From the human T2T-CHM13v2.0 reference genome, Homo sapiens, in the NCBI RefSeq assembly GCF_009914755.1, contig NC_060937.1: DNA of 64,000 nucleotides. One strand, written 5' to 3'. The notes under the pieces are model-generated. The model saw only the letters and a program-made list of their open reading frames with translations, searched no databases and was not told where the DNA came from. The position numbers and the translations under genes are program-made. Of this stretch, positions 18,870-34,426 are shown piece by piece. Position 1 is the stretch's first letter, and each line of letters starts with the position of its first letter.

Positions 18870-20830
18870 TAAAGTGGGCCCAGGTTGGGGAGCAGCGCTC
18901 CAGCTGCCACTAATCATGGAAGCCCAGAGGCGAAATCAGCTTCCCGGGGACCCAGAAAATTGCTGGAGTCTGGCGAGGGGCAAATCAGGAAGTGTCTTTG
19001 TCGGAGATGGGACGGAACCCGGCTTTGGGGCGCAACCGGGCTCTGGGGGAGACCGCGTTTGTCCAGGTGGCAGGCCGCGCCTTCTGATGGCTGTGAAGAG
19101 AAGGAGCGGGGGTTTTAAGAGCCACAGCGCCACCGAGAGAGTGGAAAGGAGTAGATTAGCTCGCGCCTGCTATGCGAGGCGACTCCCCCCGAGACCCACC
19201 CGCAGCCCAGCGCCCTTGGCCAGGAGGCCCGGAAAGCCACCGAGGCGGCCGAAAGGGGCCGCGGGGCACCCCTCAGCCCCTCCTGCGGCGGCTCCGGCTG
19301 CCCCTGCTCAGCCTCCCGCTCCCCGCCCGGAGTCCCAGCTCTCAGATCGGCCGCAGAGCTGGGAACAGAAGCCGCGGGGTCCAGGCCGTTCCGCCCGCTC
19401 AGCCGGAGCAGCAGCGCCGCCTGCCGGGGGCCTCGCGCAGGCGAGACAGGCCAGACGCCGGAGGCCGCGGGCGGCTGCAGCTTTGACGGGCCGAACACAC
19501 CAGCGCTCCCGTTCCGCCTTTTGAAAATCAAATCCCTTGGGCCTGGTGCCACCATCGCTCAGCCCAGGTCTTCGACGACGGGTCGAAGGCCAGTGCTCCA
19601 GGCCTTCTTCACCGAGTGGCTTCGGCGCTTGCGGCCCAGGTTCCCCGCACCTCCGCGCCGTAGTTGCGCGCACCTTTTGAAAAGCTTGGCGTCTTCAGGT
19701 ATAAGGACAAAAACAACCGCGGACATCACACCATTCCAAAGAAGAAAAAGAAAGTGCCCGGAATCTCAGGGCGCGACTTCCGGGGCGACGGGCGGCGGCG
19801 GAGAGGCGCTCCCAGGGCTTCCTACCCGGCAGGAGGCCGCGGCGCCGGGACCTCGCCTGCCCTCACCGCGCGCCACCTCTCGGGAGACGCCGCGAATCTC
19901 TCCAGGGAATCCCGGGCAGCGGCGCAGACCCAGCAAGGACCGGCAGCAGGCCGAGACCGGCCGTCTTGGGCGAGAGCAGCGGGACACGAGCCCCCGGGCG
20001 CCCGCTGGGAGCGCGGGGAGGCTCTGGGCTCAGGGAAGCTGCGCTCCGAGTGGCCTTGGAGGACGGTCAAGGAGCCCGGGCCCCGCGGCGGCCGGGAGTG
20101 GACGCGACTGGTCCGCGCCGGCCGCAGGGGAAGGGGCGGGTCGGCGCTGCCTGAGCTCTATCTGCTCTAATGGCTGGGGTAGATCCGCGGAGATACTTGA
20201 ATACCAGGCCGAACGCTTCCCCAAGGCGTGTTGTAGACAACGGGCCCATTTGAGCATGTGCAAAGAACAAATTTCATCCATTTTTCTGTCTAAAACATTC
20301 AAAGACTCAAATCTAGACAATAGTTTCTCTGAGGTAGAAGTGTTGGGGGTGGGGGGTGGGTGGGAATAAACTAAAAGTTGGGGTAATGAGCTTGTTTCTT
20401 GTCTATTTTGTCTGACTATAGATTTACAAAAGGAGCACCCTGCTTTACTCAGTAATACCAGGCCCTCCTAGAAACTTACCCACCGAACAGCTTCACATGG
20501 CATGATCATTTGATGAATCGCTTTTTAGTTTCCCATTCCGGACAAATATCCACCCAAGAGAACCAATCATAACACTGGATGTATTAACGCATGTCAAGAC
20601 TCTCACTTCTCTGTAGAAATGAGAAATAAATGTCGATTGTTGGTTTTCTGTAGACTTGTGATCACGCCCAGGAACTGTCATTTTCCAGTTACCAGAATCT
20701 GAATCATTGTCTAATGTGCCACGTATATAACAATATATCACTAACAGCGATCTAAAAGCGTAAAGATGTTTACGTAAAATTCATAGATTTGATGAAAATA
20801 ATAGGAATGAATGAAAATAAATACAAGAAT
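18870..20830 (+). ncRNA. CpG-island-associated lncRNA locus, probably LINC00543
   Basis: CpG island at about 18900-20230 with no credible CDS, and AATAAA at about 20625 and 20816. The name, strand and bounds come from my recollection of gene order between PDX1 and CDX2, not from the sequence. Confidence 0.4.
18900..20230. promoter_or_regulatory. CpG island (downstream of CDX2)
   Basis: Very high GC and CpG density. ETS-like ACTTCCGG near 19776 and GC boxes. Confidence 0.85.
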
Positions 20831-21366
20831 CTGGATTTCTAAAATACGCATTATTTTTAACAAAGTGGTCCAAGGGAAAAATAATGTTTTAAGTTTTTAT
20901 GTGCGGATTCCAGACAAGCATTCTTTCTTTTTGTTCTTCCTGCACTCTCCTACATTTCTATGTTGTTACTAGACAGTGATGTCTGGTTCTGACTTATTTA
21001 TGTATTTTTTTTCTATTTGTTTCTGGCAATGCACATAATAAGAAATACACATAGCAATATTCTTGCTGTTGTTGTTCATAACCACTGAGAAAAAAAAGCA
21101 GCAACAAGTAGGAATAAAAGAAGCCTCAGCCACAGAATGGCAAGAAACGTTGTATGTTTTTTAGGGCCACTCTTTGCACCTCGTTTTACAGACAGGTTAC
21201 TACTTATCAGCTTACTGACCTTGGGAAGACCCCAACCTCTGAGCTACCACTTCCTCATCTGTAACCTGAGGATCCAGTGAAGTCATGTAAGACAATGTAG
21301 CATTGTACGCTTATGACTAGACCCCAGTCATGACATGAGCTGCTTCTGTCTAGAAAATAGAGGGCT

Positions 21367-21730
<364 letters not shown>

Positions 21731-22759
21731 GAGGGCCGAGTGAAGACTGAAAACAGAATCTAGTTCTGTTAAGTTTTGCTGTAGCTGTTGTTTTTTAAAT
21801 ATTAGCTATACAGAGTGAAAGAACAATACCCGAAGTGTATTTCGTGAGTAGGAAACAGAGCCTGCCCTGGTCATTTTTAACAACTCCTAATCTGTGGTTT
21901 AGGTATATAATCCTTGTTCTTGATTCTACTAATTATCAATAAATTAAAATTATTTAAGTGCCACATAACAAGCCATCATAAGTTTGTATTACAATGACTT
22001 TAGCTCTGCATTGTTTTTCCTTGTTTGCTTCCCTGAGGTTGGAGAGGAACTTATCAACTACCACTTCCATAAAACCTATTATCATCATACTACAGATACT
22101 AAGTTTGAGATAGCAGACTGTTAATCCTGAAAGTTCTGAGATAACACATGAGCAATTAGGAAAAAATTCCTTTTTAGTTTTGAACTTAAAACTCAAATAT
22201 GAAAGTGCATGAACTGCCCAGGGTTTTTACTTACCAATAAAATACTGGACACATAAACCCAGTACGTGATATAAATATTATTTTTAAGTAAATGTGCGTG
22301 TGAGGGGATGGTTTGAAAATCATTTCATCTCAGGGAAGTCTTTTTCGTGGATCAAAACTGGTTGTGTTGTGGTTTATGGATTACATCTCTAGCACAGAAT
22401 CACCAGGATCCTGCTTTACTGGTTATTTAACTTTGGGGCTCTGGCAACCTTGTTGATATTATCTATATCTGCTGTGGTTAATGACAAATTCCAATTGGGA
22501 AAAGCTGTTGTTAAAACAAATGTAATGTTTGGGCACTAAAGATGCAGGAGCCAAAAGGTCACCTAAGTGCTGCCCCCACCTTCTCTGGACTGATTCCTCC
22601 AGGAAGAATGTCAAGGTAAACGTTGGTATAATCTCTGGAACTCACAGAGTCTACCTTCTTTATCTGGAATTTGAGAGGTTTTTTTTCTAAATCTAATGTC
22701 ATAACCTTCTAGAAAGTCATGATATTTTATACATATATGTCTATATATGTGTAAATATG

Positions 22760-22870
22760 TATAAAATATGTCTATCTTTATTTATATATAGTATTCCTCT
22801 GATTTGTAGCTAAATATAAAATATCTCTATCTTTATTTATATATATGTATTCCTCTGATTTGTAACTAAA
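22760..22870. repeat. About 55-bp tandem duplication
   Basis: ataaaatat(g/c)tctatctttatttatatata..gtattcctctgatttgta(g/a)ctaaa occurs twice. Confidence 0.85.
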
Positions 22871-22889
22871 GAAAGAAGACAGCAGATGA

Positions 22890-25427
<2,538 letters not shown>

Positions 25428-25689
25428 CGGCCCATAGACACTTTTTTTAACCTCTGTTCCACAATATTGACAGGTTTTATTCTCATATTTATCCTAAATT
25501 TCTAGTATTACCATATATTAATACTGTGCCCACATTACTGTAATTTTTAGAAAGAAAACATCGTGTGCAAAATGACCCTTTTAGAATGGTATAGTCCCTC
25601 TCCCCCAATTTTGTTTTTCTTAAACATTCAGCAAACCCAAGAATCTCCCCTGCCTGACTTAGTTTTAACTTAGTTTCAACAGGCCCACG

Positions 25690-26830
25690 ACCAACGTAGA
25701 AAAATCTTGCAGCGCCCGGGTTTGGGCTCAGCCGGAGTCGGCAGAGGCGCTTGCACCTCCCAACTGGGTGAAAACTGGAACCTTTCCGGGTTCACGAGCC
25801 CAAGCCCCATCTCTTCCCAGAGCGCGCGCGCCCTCTGGCGCCTGAACCGGCGACTGGACGCGGTGGAGGCGTGGGATTCGGAGGCCGGGACCCCAAGCTC
25901 TGCGCTGGAGGCGTCAGGAGCCGCGAGGTCATCCGGTCTCAACCTCAGGCGCCCCTGTGCAGGCCTCCCTACACTCCTCAAGCTGCGCTCCCTACTCGTG
26001 CCACATCCCTTGTTCCGTAGGTATTGCTTCGGGGGTGACACAGTTGGCGTTAGAAGCGCGGTGGCCTCACTTGCCGGAGAGGGTCTTGGTTTTGCGCCTT
26101 TTTCCGTGGCCCGGGAGGCTTGCCAGGCGCTCGCAGCAGCGAGCCGGGTGCTTGCATCTCAGAGAGCAGCCGAGCTCCCTTCCCTGGCCCCGTACCCGCG
26201 TGCAAGGGGACCGAGCCCCGGGAAGGGGAAGAACTTGTAATCGCTTGCAGCGGGACAATGTCGACTTTTGAACCTCTAACCACTAAGCAAACAACCCATG
26301 TGCTCTTGCTCCACTGTCCAAACAGGGTTTATTGACAGGCGTTTCACGGCAACGCATAGCAACCCCGGCGGCTAGGGGGCGGGCCTGTGGGCGCGGCCGG
26401 GGCGCGGGGAGACCTGCGGGGCACCGGGGCTCAGACCGGCCCTGACCCAGGACCCCTGACCCAGGACCCCTCGCCCAGCGGACCCGGACACGGCTTCCTC
26501 CTCTGCCCGGCACCCCCCGACCCCACGCCCCGCACTCCTCCCTCTGGCTTCGAGGCCAGGCGCCCGCGGGCCGGGCCACCGGAGCCCCTTTCCCAATCCT
26601 GGAGCTGTATACGCCACCCGGAAGGGCCGCGGAATTGGAGAGGTGCTGCAGAGGGTCTATACCTCTTGCTGTTTCCCGGCTCTGCTCATCTTCCCCAACT
26701 GCCCTTAAGGCGCCTCCGTGGGCGCGCTGATTAGGCTCTCGGATGTTGGTGGGAAGATCGAAACGAAGGGCTAAGCCCCCCTCGCCCGGGTCCTGCCGGA
26801 AAGTTCAGCTCGGCGGCCTCCAGGATCAAA
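25690..26830. promoter_or_regulatory. CpG island at the CDX2 3' end
   Basis: Dense CpG and GC boxes, no repeats. Confidence 0.85.
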
Positions 26831-28505
26831 AATTTTAAAGGCTGCAGCCCGGTCCCCAGTGGATCGGCCAGATAACAAGAAACTGTCACTAAAAGGATCA
26901 TTTTATACTGGGTCTAGAAATCTTGTTTGTGGGGTGATTGGGTTGGAAGGGGGGGCGCGGTCGGGGATAAGGAAACTGCAAAGACAGAGAAGAGAGTGGA
27001 GGCAGAAAGGGCTCACGGAAATGCCCAGTGATTTACAGAAGACTAAATTCATGGAAATGCTGTCTTGGGAAACTAGGGGGATTTTTTTTAAAAAAATTTA
27101 ATGCTCACGTTTAACTAGCTGGGTTGTGGGGCGTCCTTAGGAGGGAGTCACTGCAGAAGGGAACTGCCTGCTGTTTGCAAAAAGCCTCCATGTGGATTTG
27201 GTGAGATGCTATGAGGGGGCCCTCTCACCCCCACCCCCCATAATTTCTGACTGCTGGGAAGCACCTGGCCATTCAGATGTGCATTTTGCCCAAAGGCACC
27301 CCCAGGAGAGCCACGCATTCCAAGGCTGGGCTCAGGCTTGGGGGCAGGGAAGGTCTCAGAACCTGCTCTTTCAGGCTTCTGATGCTCTGGGGTAAAATGA
27401 GGCTGTCCAGATAATCTCCACTCCCTCTCTGAATTTTCCAAATCAGCTTGCAAGCAGAGAAGATATTTCATTTCTTTAAAAAATAAAAAATAGTTGCAGA
27501 CAAAATCTGAAGATAAATACAGAATCTGAAATCTGGAAAGCTCATTTATCTCTTTTTCTTTTTAGAAAAAATTCAACTGTGTTCAAATACTCCCCACTTC
27601 CCTTCACCATATCACTTCTCCCCCCATGGATCCAGAAGGCTTTAAAAACTCTGGCTTGGATGTTACACAGACCAACAACCCAAACAGCAGCAACAACAAC
27701 ACAAACTCCCCCCACCCCCTTCTTCATCAGCCCCAAGATTGTGAAAATGACAGGAAGTCCAGGTTGGCTCTGGCATTTATAGCACTGACATACATTCAGC
27801 CCAGAGAAGCTCTGGTGACAGGCTCTCTAAACAAGTCCCTGTTCGGGCCCCCTGGTCAGGCCTGGAGTCCAATAACCACCCCCTCATACCACACCCTGTG
27901 CATACACCAGCCAAGCCTTTCCTGGTCTGGGAAGGGAAGAGAAAAAAGACGCAGGCCACCTGGGGGTTCTGCAGTCTTTGGTCAGTCCAGCTTTCTATCT
28001 TAGCTGCCTTTGGCTTCCGCAGTGTAAACCTTGCCTGCCCGGAGGCAGGAGGCCCAGCTGGACCTCCGAGGGCCATGAGCAGGCAGCAGCCATCTTGGCC
28101 TCAAGCTTGCCTTTCCCTTGAGTCCCTCTCTCCCCTCGGCTCTAGCCAGAGGTGTAGCCTGCAGATCTAGGAAGAGAAGAGCTGGGGAGGAGGATGAAGG
28201 CCTGGTTGGTGTGGTCAGTCCAGGCAATGCTTCTGCCAGTCCGGAATGAAGCCCAGCGGAGGCTTTCTGTCTCCTCAGTGGCAGAAAAAGCCAGATGGGA
28301 AAAAGTAAAAATCTGGGAGAGTATATTTCTTGAGGCCCCAAATCCCACTTGTCTTACTCCTGGCTCCCATTTTTCCTCTGAGAGCCAGGTCTGTAGGTCT
28401 ATGGCTGTGGGTGGGAGGGGAGGGGTCTCTCCTGAGGAGTCTAGCAGAGTCCACGCTCCTCATGGCTCAGCCTGGAATTGCTCTGCCGCTGCAGACCCCG
28501 GTGGG
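26310..28505 (-). other. CDX2: CDX2 3' UTR (long form, to the distal AATAAA)
   Basis: Follows the stop codon. Minus-strand AATAAA at 26328-26333 (plus-strand tttatt). The 3' end is inferred, and shorter forms may end near the U-rich block at about 27460-27570. Confidence 0.6.
26328..26333 (-). terminator. Candidate distal poly(A) signal of CDX2
   Basis: AATAAA on the minus strand, followed by a GT-rich downstream element (ATGGGTTGTTTGCTT). Confidence 0.6.
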
Positions 28506-28760
28506 TCACTGGGTGACGGTGGGGTTTAGCACCCCCCCAGTTGGCCCCAGAACCCCAGGGACAGAGCCAGACACTGAGGCTTGCAGGGAAGACACCGGAC
28601 TCAAGGGCTCTGGGACACTTCTCAGAGGACCTGGCTGAGGCTGGGGAGGCTGTGGTGGCGGCGGAGGCGGCTGTGGTGGCTGCTGCTGCTGTTGCTGCTG
28701 CAACTTCTTCTTGTTGATTTTCCTCTCCTTTGCTCTGCGGTTCTGAAACCAGATTTTAAC
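28506..28760 (-). CDS. CDX2: CDX2 coding exon 3 (255 bp; recognition helix, poly-Q/poly-P, stop)
   Basis: Acceptor TTTCTAG| at 28761. Reads [36 protein letters not shown]...LNPTVTQ then TGA. Exons total 541+146+255=942 nt = 313 aa plus stop. Confidence 0.99.
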   Translation of the reverse strand, partial: VKIWFQNRRAKERKINKKKLQQQQQQQPPQPPPPPPQPPQPQPGPLRSVPEPLSPVSSLQASVSGSVPGVLGPTGGVLNPTVTQ

Positions 28761-29508
28761 CTAGAAATGGAAAGGTGGAGAAAAGCACATGGTGGTGAAG
28801 ATGTGAGGGAAAAGAGGAACAGTACCCAGCAGTATCATCAACATCTTCTGCTCCAGCTACAGAACTCCAAGTCCTTCTAGAAGCTTTCCTCGGGCATCCC
28901 CATAACAGCCCAACCCTGGATCCATTCTTAGGCCCAATTCAGCCTCATGGGGAAGAGTCTTCCTCCTTCCTTGCTCCCTGAGTTTCTTTTCAAAGCAACT
29001 TTTATCTACGTATTTACTGCAAAAGTTTAAAGTCTCAGAACCAAGGAAAACTGAAACTGCAAGGCCCTTTCTACACAGCAAAGGGAGGCCAGTGCTGGGT
29101 GGTATACTTCAAATGGCAACCTTTGGCCCCTCAAGGCTAAACTAAAACGTAATTTTCCTCACCTTAGAGCTGAAAATGAGATTTAATTGTGTGGCTTCCT
29201 GGCTGTGAAGTTGGCCTGTTTTTCTAGACTATATATATAAAATGTTCATGAACCAAGTCTTGTCCCTCTAGTTTTTGTGAGAGACTGAGTACTTTATTCA
29301 GTTTATTTTCTTAGGTACAGTGCTGGAAACAAAGAGAATAGGTCTTTAATATGTCTTTATAGACCCAAATGGAATTCTGGATTAAACTAATACCCTTGGC
29401 TGTTTTTCACACTTCTTATATCCCTCAAAAGAGAGAGACAGAAAAAATCAACAACATCAAAAAAAGAGGACTAAAGGTAGAAGGAGGCTTTTTAAAAAAG
29501 TACTCCAG

Positions 29509-30119
<611 letters not shown>

Positions 30120-30257
30120 GGACTCCAAAGACGAATGCTTGCATCCTCCTGCTTCAGTCTCTCCACAGATTTAGATGGCCCCTGCAGCCAGATTTTCTAA
30201 CTCTCATGGTCCTCTGCCAGGCAGTGGCCCGCCCGGAGGGAGCTAGGCGGTCCCCAC

Positions 30258-30403
30258 CTGCCTCTCAGAGAGCCCCAGCGTGGCGGCTAGCTCGGCTTTC
30301 CTCCGGATGGTGATGTAGCGACTGTAGTGAAACTCCTTCTCCAGCTCCAGCCGCTGGTGGTCCGTGTACACCACTCGATATTTGTCTTTCGTCCTGGTTT
30401 TCA
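30258..30403 (-). CDS. CDX2: CDX2 coding exon 2 (146 bp; homeodomain helices 1-2)
   Basis: Polypyrimidine tract plus CAG acceptor at 30404-30406. Reads (V)[48 protein letters not shown]. Donor CAG|GTGGGG follows 30258. Confidence 0.99.
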
Positions 30404-33400
30404 CTGTGGAGGAAGGAGAAGTGAGGGCTGAGAACAGCAAGGCAGCCCATCAGTCATGGGTAATGACAAACCTCCCTAACCCAGGGACATTTCTCTTCCT
30501 CCACCACCCTGGGGGGCCCGGGTTTGGCTGGTTCCTGCCAAGTCTGACAAGACCCCCCAGAGGGTCCTGTGGGGGGAGGGTATGAGGCTAGTGGAGGCAA
30601 CTAAACTAACCTTGGTATTAAGTGGTTTTTAAAAATTAAGGAAAGTGAAAACCTCATTCACACAGAAGACAGCAGAATGTAACCACCCTTTCGGTAAACC
30701 AAATACAGTACTGGCATATATTTGACACCAAGGGAAAGGGGGCAGGGTGAAGTGGCCGGGATCCTGGAAGCATCCAGATTTCCAGGCCTACCAGAGATGG
30801 AAGCCCACCCCGAAAACAGCTGTCATTGTGGGCACATGTTGTAGAGGGGGTGTGGGGGTTACTACTTTGCTTTACTACAAGTGGAAAGCGGGGCTCAGGA
30901 GCTGACAAGTCGCCAGAATCATCCCCCAGACACACCAGGCCCATCAGGTGGAATTCTGAGCTGGGCTCTGGCCGAGGGAACAGGCAGAAAACCCCTCCTG
31001 CTGGGGACACTTTATACCTGCCCAGACCAGGTTTGGCGTTTGGTACTTTTTCTTTTTTGATCCTCCATTTATTCCTGCTGCAAATCCGGCCAGAGTTATC
31101 CTGACCAGTGATCTATGCTCATTGGATTGAGTCAACATATTAAATCCCAGATTGATTGTTTTACTGAAGGGCCTTGACAAATAGTGTCCACAATGTTGGA
31201 GCAGGCCCGAGCCTGGCGTCTCCACCAGGTCTGTCTTGGCTCAGCCCTTGGCAGAGCCCTGGCCAGAAGCTGTTCTCTCTGGCTCCGTCCCACTTTTGGG
31301 TCTTCTTGCAGCTGAACAGGTTCAATCGCCCAGTGCCCAATCCCACAGAAAGATCTGAAGGGCCTGGGAGTTGCCTGGAGGTGTTTAATGCCCCGCAGGC
31401 TGACTTTGTTCAGGTAAAACCCTTTGCAAACCACAACAAAAGCGTCCTGGGAAGATACAGGCCTGATCAGAGGGAGCTCCCCCGAGCCGCTGAAAGGCGA
31501 ACACAGCCGCAAACAATGCAGGACAAGGCGATCTTATCAAAGAAAAGCCCTTTCAATGCCTTAATAACAACCACATTCTGTTTGAATTACCACTACTGAG
31601 CAAATGGCGGCCCCGGCTTTCATCCCCCTCCCCGCCAGGCGCATTAACATAAACACGACCCTGCAGGCGCATTTGAATGGGGCTGCGGCCCCGACCCCGC
31701 GCCTGCTATGAAAGTAAAGGGAACTAACGCGACTTTCTCCGCGGTGGACGCTCGGACACGCGTGACCGCCTCAAACCCACTCCAGGCTGCCATTGGTACT
31801 CGCCCCTTTTTACAGATGAGGAAATGGAGAATCAGACCGGGTCACGCAGATAGTATCAGGCGGGGTTGGCACCGGAGCCTGGCTGGAGCCACAGAGGACA
31901 CCTCCGGAGCTGAGGCGCAGGGCAGTTCCCTCAGCCGAACACCCCGGGAGGGAGACTCGCCTGGAAGTGTCTCGGAGAGACCCTTGCTCGGGTGCTGCCC
32001 CTTCAGTGTCCCGGACGTGCCGGGCAACGCGATGACCAGACCCTGAGCGCTCTTCGACCCATGCCCCAAGGGCCTTGGAGGCGCCCCACACCCCCTGGGA
32101 ACCTAGGAGCGGGGCTATGGAGGGGAGGGATGAGAGGGACTTGTCAGAATTCATTATTGACTGCGAAAGTCACCACCCTCTTTCCGGGCCCTAAAAGAGA
32201 CAATGGCAGGGCTGGGAAGGTGTATATCAAAGCAAGCCAGGCCGCGTCCCCCCCTCCACCCCCACACCTTGACAGATGACGCTCCGCAGAGGAGCCCGGC
32301 TCCGGCCCGCGGGCTGCGGCCACCCCACATTAACATCACAAGGGCACCCGGCGCCGACTGCGGCCTTGCCACCTCGGTGCAGGACTTCACAGCGGCCTCT
32401 CATCTGCTGACCCCGCGGCCTGGGCTCTGGCGGCTTCCCTCCCGCCCCCTTCCCGGCCCTCACCCCGCGGCCGCTCTCCCGGGACACGCAAAGGTCTTCC
32501 TTAGGGCGTGCGCCACCCCCGCCAACCGCGCCCCAGACAGGGGCTGTAGAAAGTGGGTCTTTGGGAGCCAGGATCTGGGAGCCCCTGCTAGGAGAAAGGC
32601 GCCTCCTCTAGGAGAAGGGACCAAGCCAAAGCTCTGAGGCTCACCCGAGGCTGATCTGTGGCCTTCTCCCCGGTCGGCGGCATTCCCACCAGGACTCTCC
32701 CTAGCATGTGCACAGTGACGCAGAAACCGATGCCCAGAGACAGCCCCCAAAGGGCGCTTTGATTTATACAGTTGTAATTGGCTATAAACTTCTGCAAAGT
32801 GCCCATAACCAGCGTGCCTGCCCAATTGGGGCAGCAAGGAGCGAAGCAAGAAAAGCGGAAGCGCTGAGGGCTGGGGAAAGACTTTAAAAGGGGCACTCAA
32901 CTAGGACTCTCCCCACCGCACTTCCTTGCCACCTCTAGGCACACTCGAACACCAGAAGGGGCAGACCCAGAGTCAATGAGCCCCACAGTCCGGCAAACCT
33001 AGGATCTTTTTCAGTTGCACACACACACTCACAGACATCCCTGACACCCTTGAAAGGAAGCTTTGGGAGAAATGACCCCTACCTGGAGCGGCGGCTTAAT
33101 TCCCACCAGGGTTTCCTCCCCGTCTCCCTGCTCTCTCCGCAGACGCCTGCCCCTAGGCTTCTTGCCCCTAGCCTTCCAGCTTTTGCTTGAAATGACCCCT
33201 TCACAGGTCAGAGGTTCAGAGACGGGGCGCGCCCCCGTCGCCTTAGCAGCTGGGGCTAGCACCTTCTTCCCAGCGACAGCAGCTCTCCCTGGTCTGCCTG
33301 CTCGCTGTACCTTGAATTGGCCCGAGTGGCCAAACCCGGTCCCACACACAGCCTAGCCATCCTCCGACCCCCCCAGGTCACTTCTCTTCTTAGATGGCTC

Positions 33401-33853
33401 AGATGGGGAAAGAGAGAGCGGAGATAAATGGCCTAGACCTAGCCCAAGAAGGTTCGAGCCTCCCTCTCTCCTCGGCGGCCAGGAGCCACGCAAGGAATGC
33501 ATGCCGCAGCAAGTGCCGGAGGACGCGATTCTGCCGGCGTCCAGCAGTGCTCACGCCGACATTCCCCGGAGCTTCCCGAAGGTGTCCCGGGGTTGCGAAT
33601 GAGGAGCTCTTGGAAAGAGGACGCCTGAACACGGTGTTGAGACTCAGAATATTCACTCCCAGGCTCAGTAGGTCAGAGAAGCCCCGACGGGCCAGAGGCC
33701 CCCGAATTTGTCTCCGGGCCGTGCCCCTCCTGGCGCCGAGCTCCCAGACAGCCCGGGACGCCCCTGTGCGCACTGGACGCGCGACGCGCAGCAGCCACTG
33801 GCTCGACCCGCGCCTTCCCAAGCACCCTCCGAAGGGGCGCAGCCTCTGCTTAC

Positions 33854-34394
33854 CTTGGCTGCCGAGGGACTGCTGCGCCGGCTTCCGCATCCACTCGCAC
33901 AGGTTCCGCCGCTGGCCGCCGGGAGACAGCTGCTCGGCGGCAGCGGTGGCGGCGGGCCCAGGAGGGCCGGGGTTGAGCGTTTGCAGCAGCCCAGAAGCGC
34001 AGGAAGGCGCGGCGGCCGGGTGGTGCGGGTGGTGATGCGGGTGGTGGTGCGGATGGTAGTCTGCGGGGCTGCTGTAGCCCATGGCTGCGGCCGGGGAGCC
34101 ACCGTTGAGGCCGTGAGCCACGGCGTTGGCGGCGGCCGCGGCGCCTCCGGGCGCGTAGCCATTCCAGTCCTCCCGGAGTGGGGCGCCATACGCTGCCGGC
34201 CAGGATGGCCCCGGGGACTGCGCGCTGTCCAAGTTCGCTGCCGCTGCAGCTGCGGCCGCCACGTGGTAACCGCCGTAGTCCGGGTACTGCGGGGGGCTGA
34301 CGAAGTTCTGCGGCGCCAGGTTGAGGCCGCCAGAGTGGCGCACGGAGCTAGGGTACATGCTCACGTCCTTGTCCAGGAGGTAGCTCACGTACAT
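33854..34394 (-). CDS. CDX2: CDX2 coding exon 1 (541 bp; N-terminal activation domain, Ala/His tracts, hexapeptide EWMRK)
   Basis: GCCACC-ATG at 34394 reads [23 protein letters not shown]...[17 protein letters not shown]. Donor G|GTAAGC follows 33854 (phase 1). Confidence 0.99.
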
Positions 34395-34426
34395 GGTGGC
34401 GAGGGTCCGGGAGCAGACCTCACCAT
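34385..34426 (-). other. Out-of-frame uORF ([13 protein letters not shown]) overlapping the CDX2 start codon
   Basis: AGC-ATG-G lies 32 nt upstream of the main ATG. Its TGA stop at 34387-34385 lies inside the CDS. Confidence 0.8.

Noticed and set aside
18874-20369. 216-aa and 282-aa ORFs in the CpG island
   Set aside because: Non-ATG starts (GTG/TTG), Arg/Pro/Gly/Ala-rich with no domain, and several frames open at once, as expected for GC-rich DNA.
32640-32810. Other candidate intron-1 donors for short CDX2 isoforms (CGG|GTGAGC about 32644; MGTLQKFIANYN-T|GTATAA about 32770)
   Set aside because: The first has no ATG in the frame that joins exon 2. The second is a very weak donor and overlaps a TF motif block.
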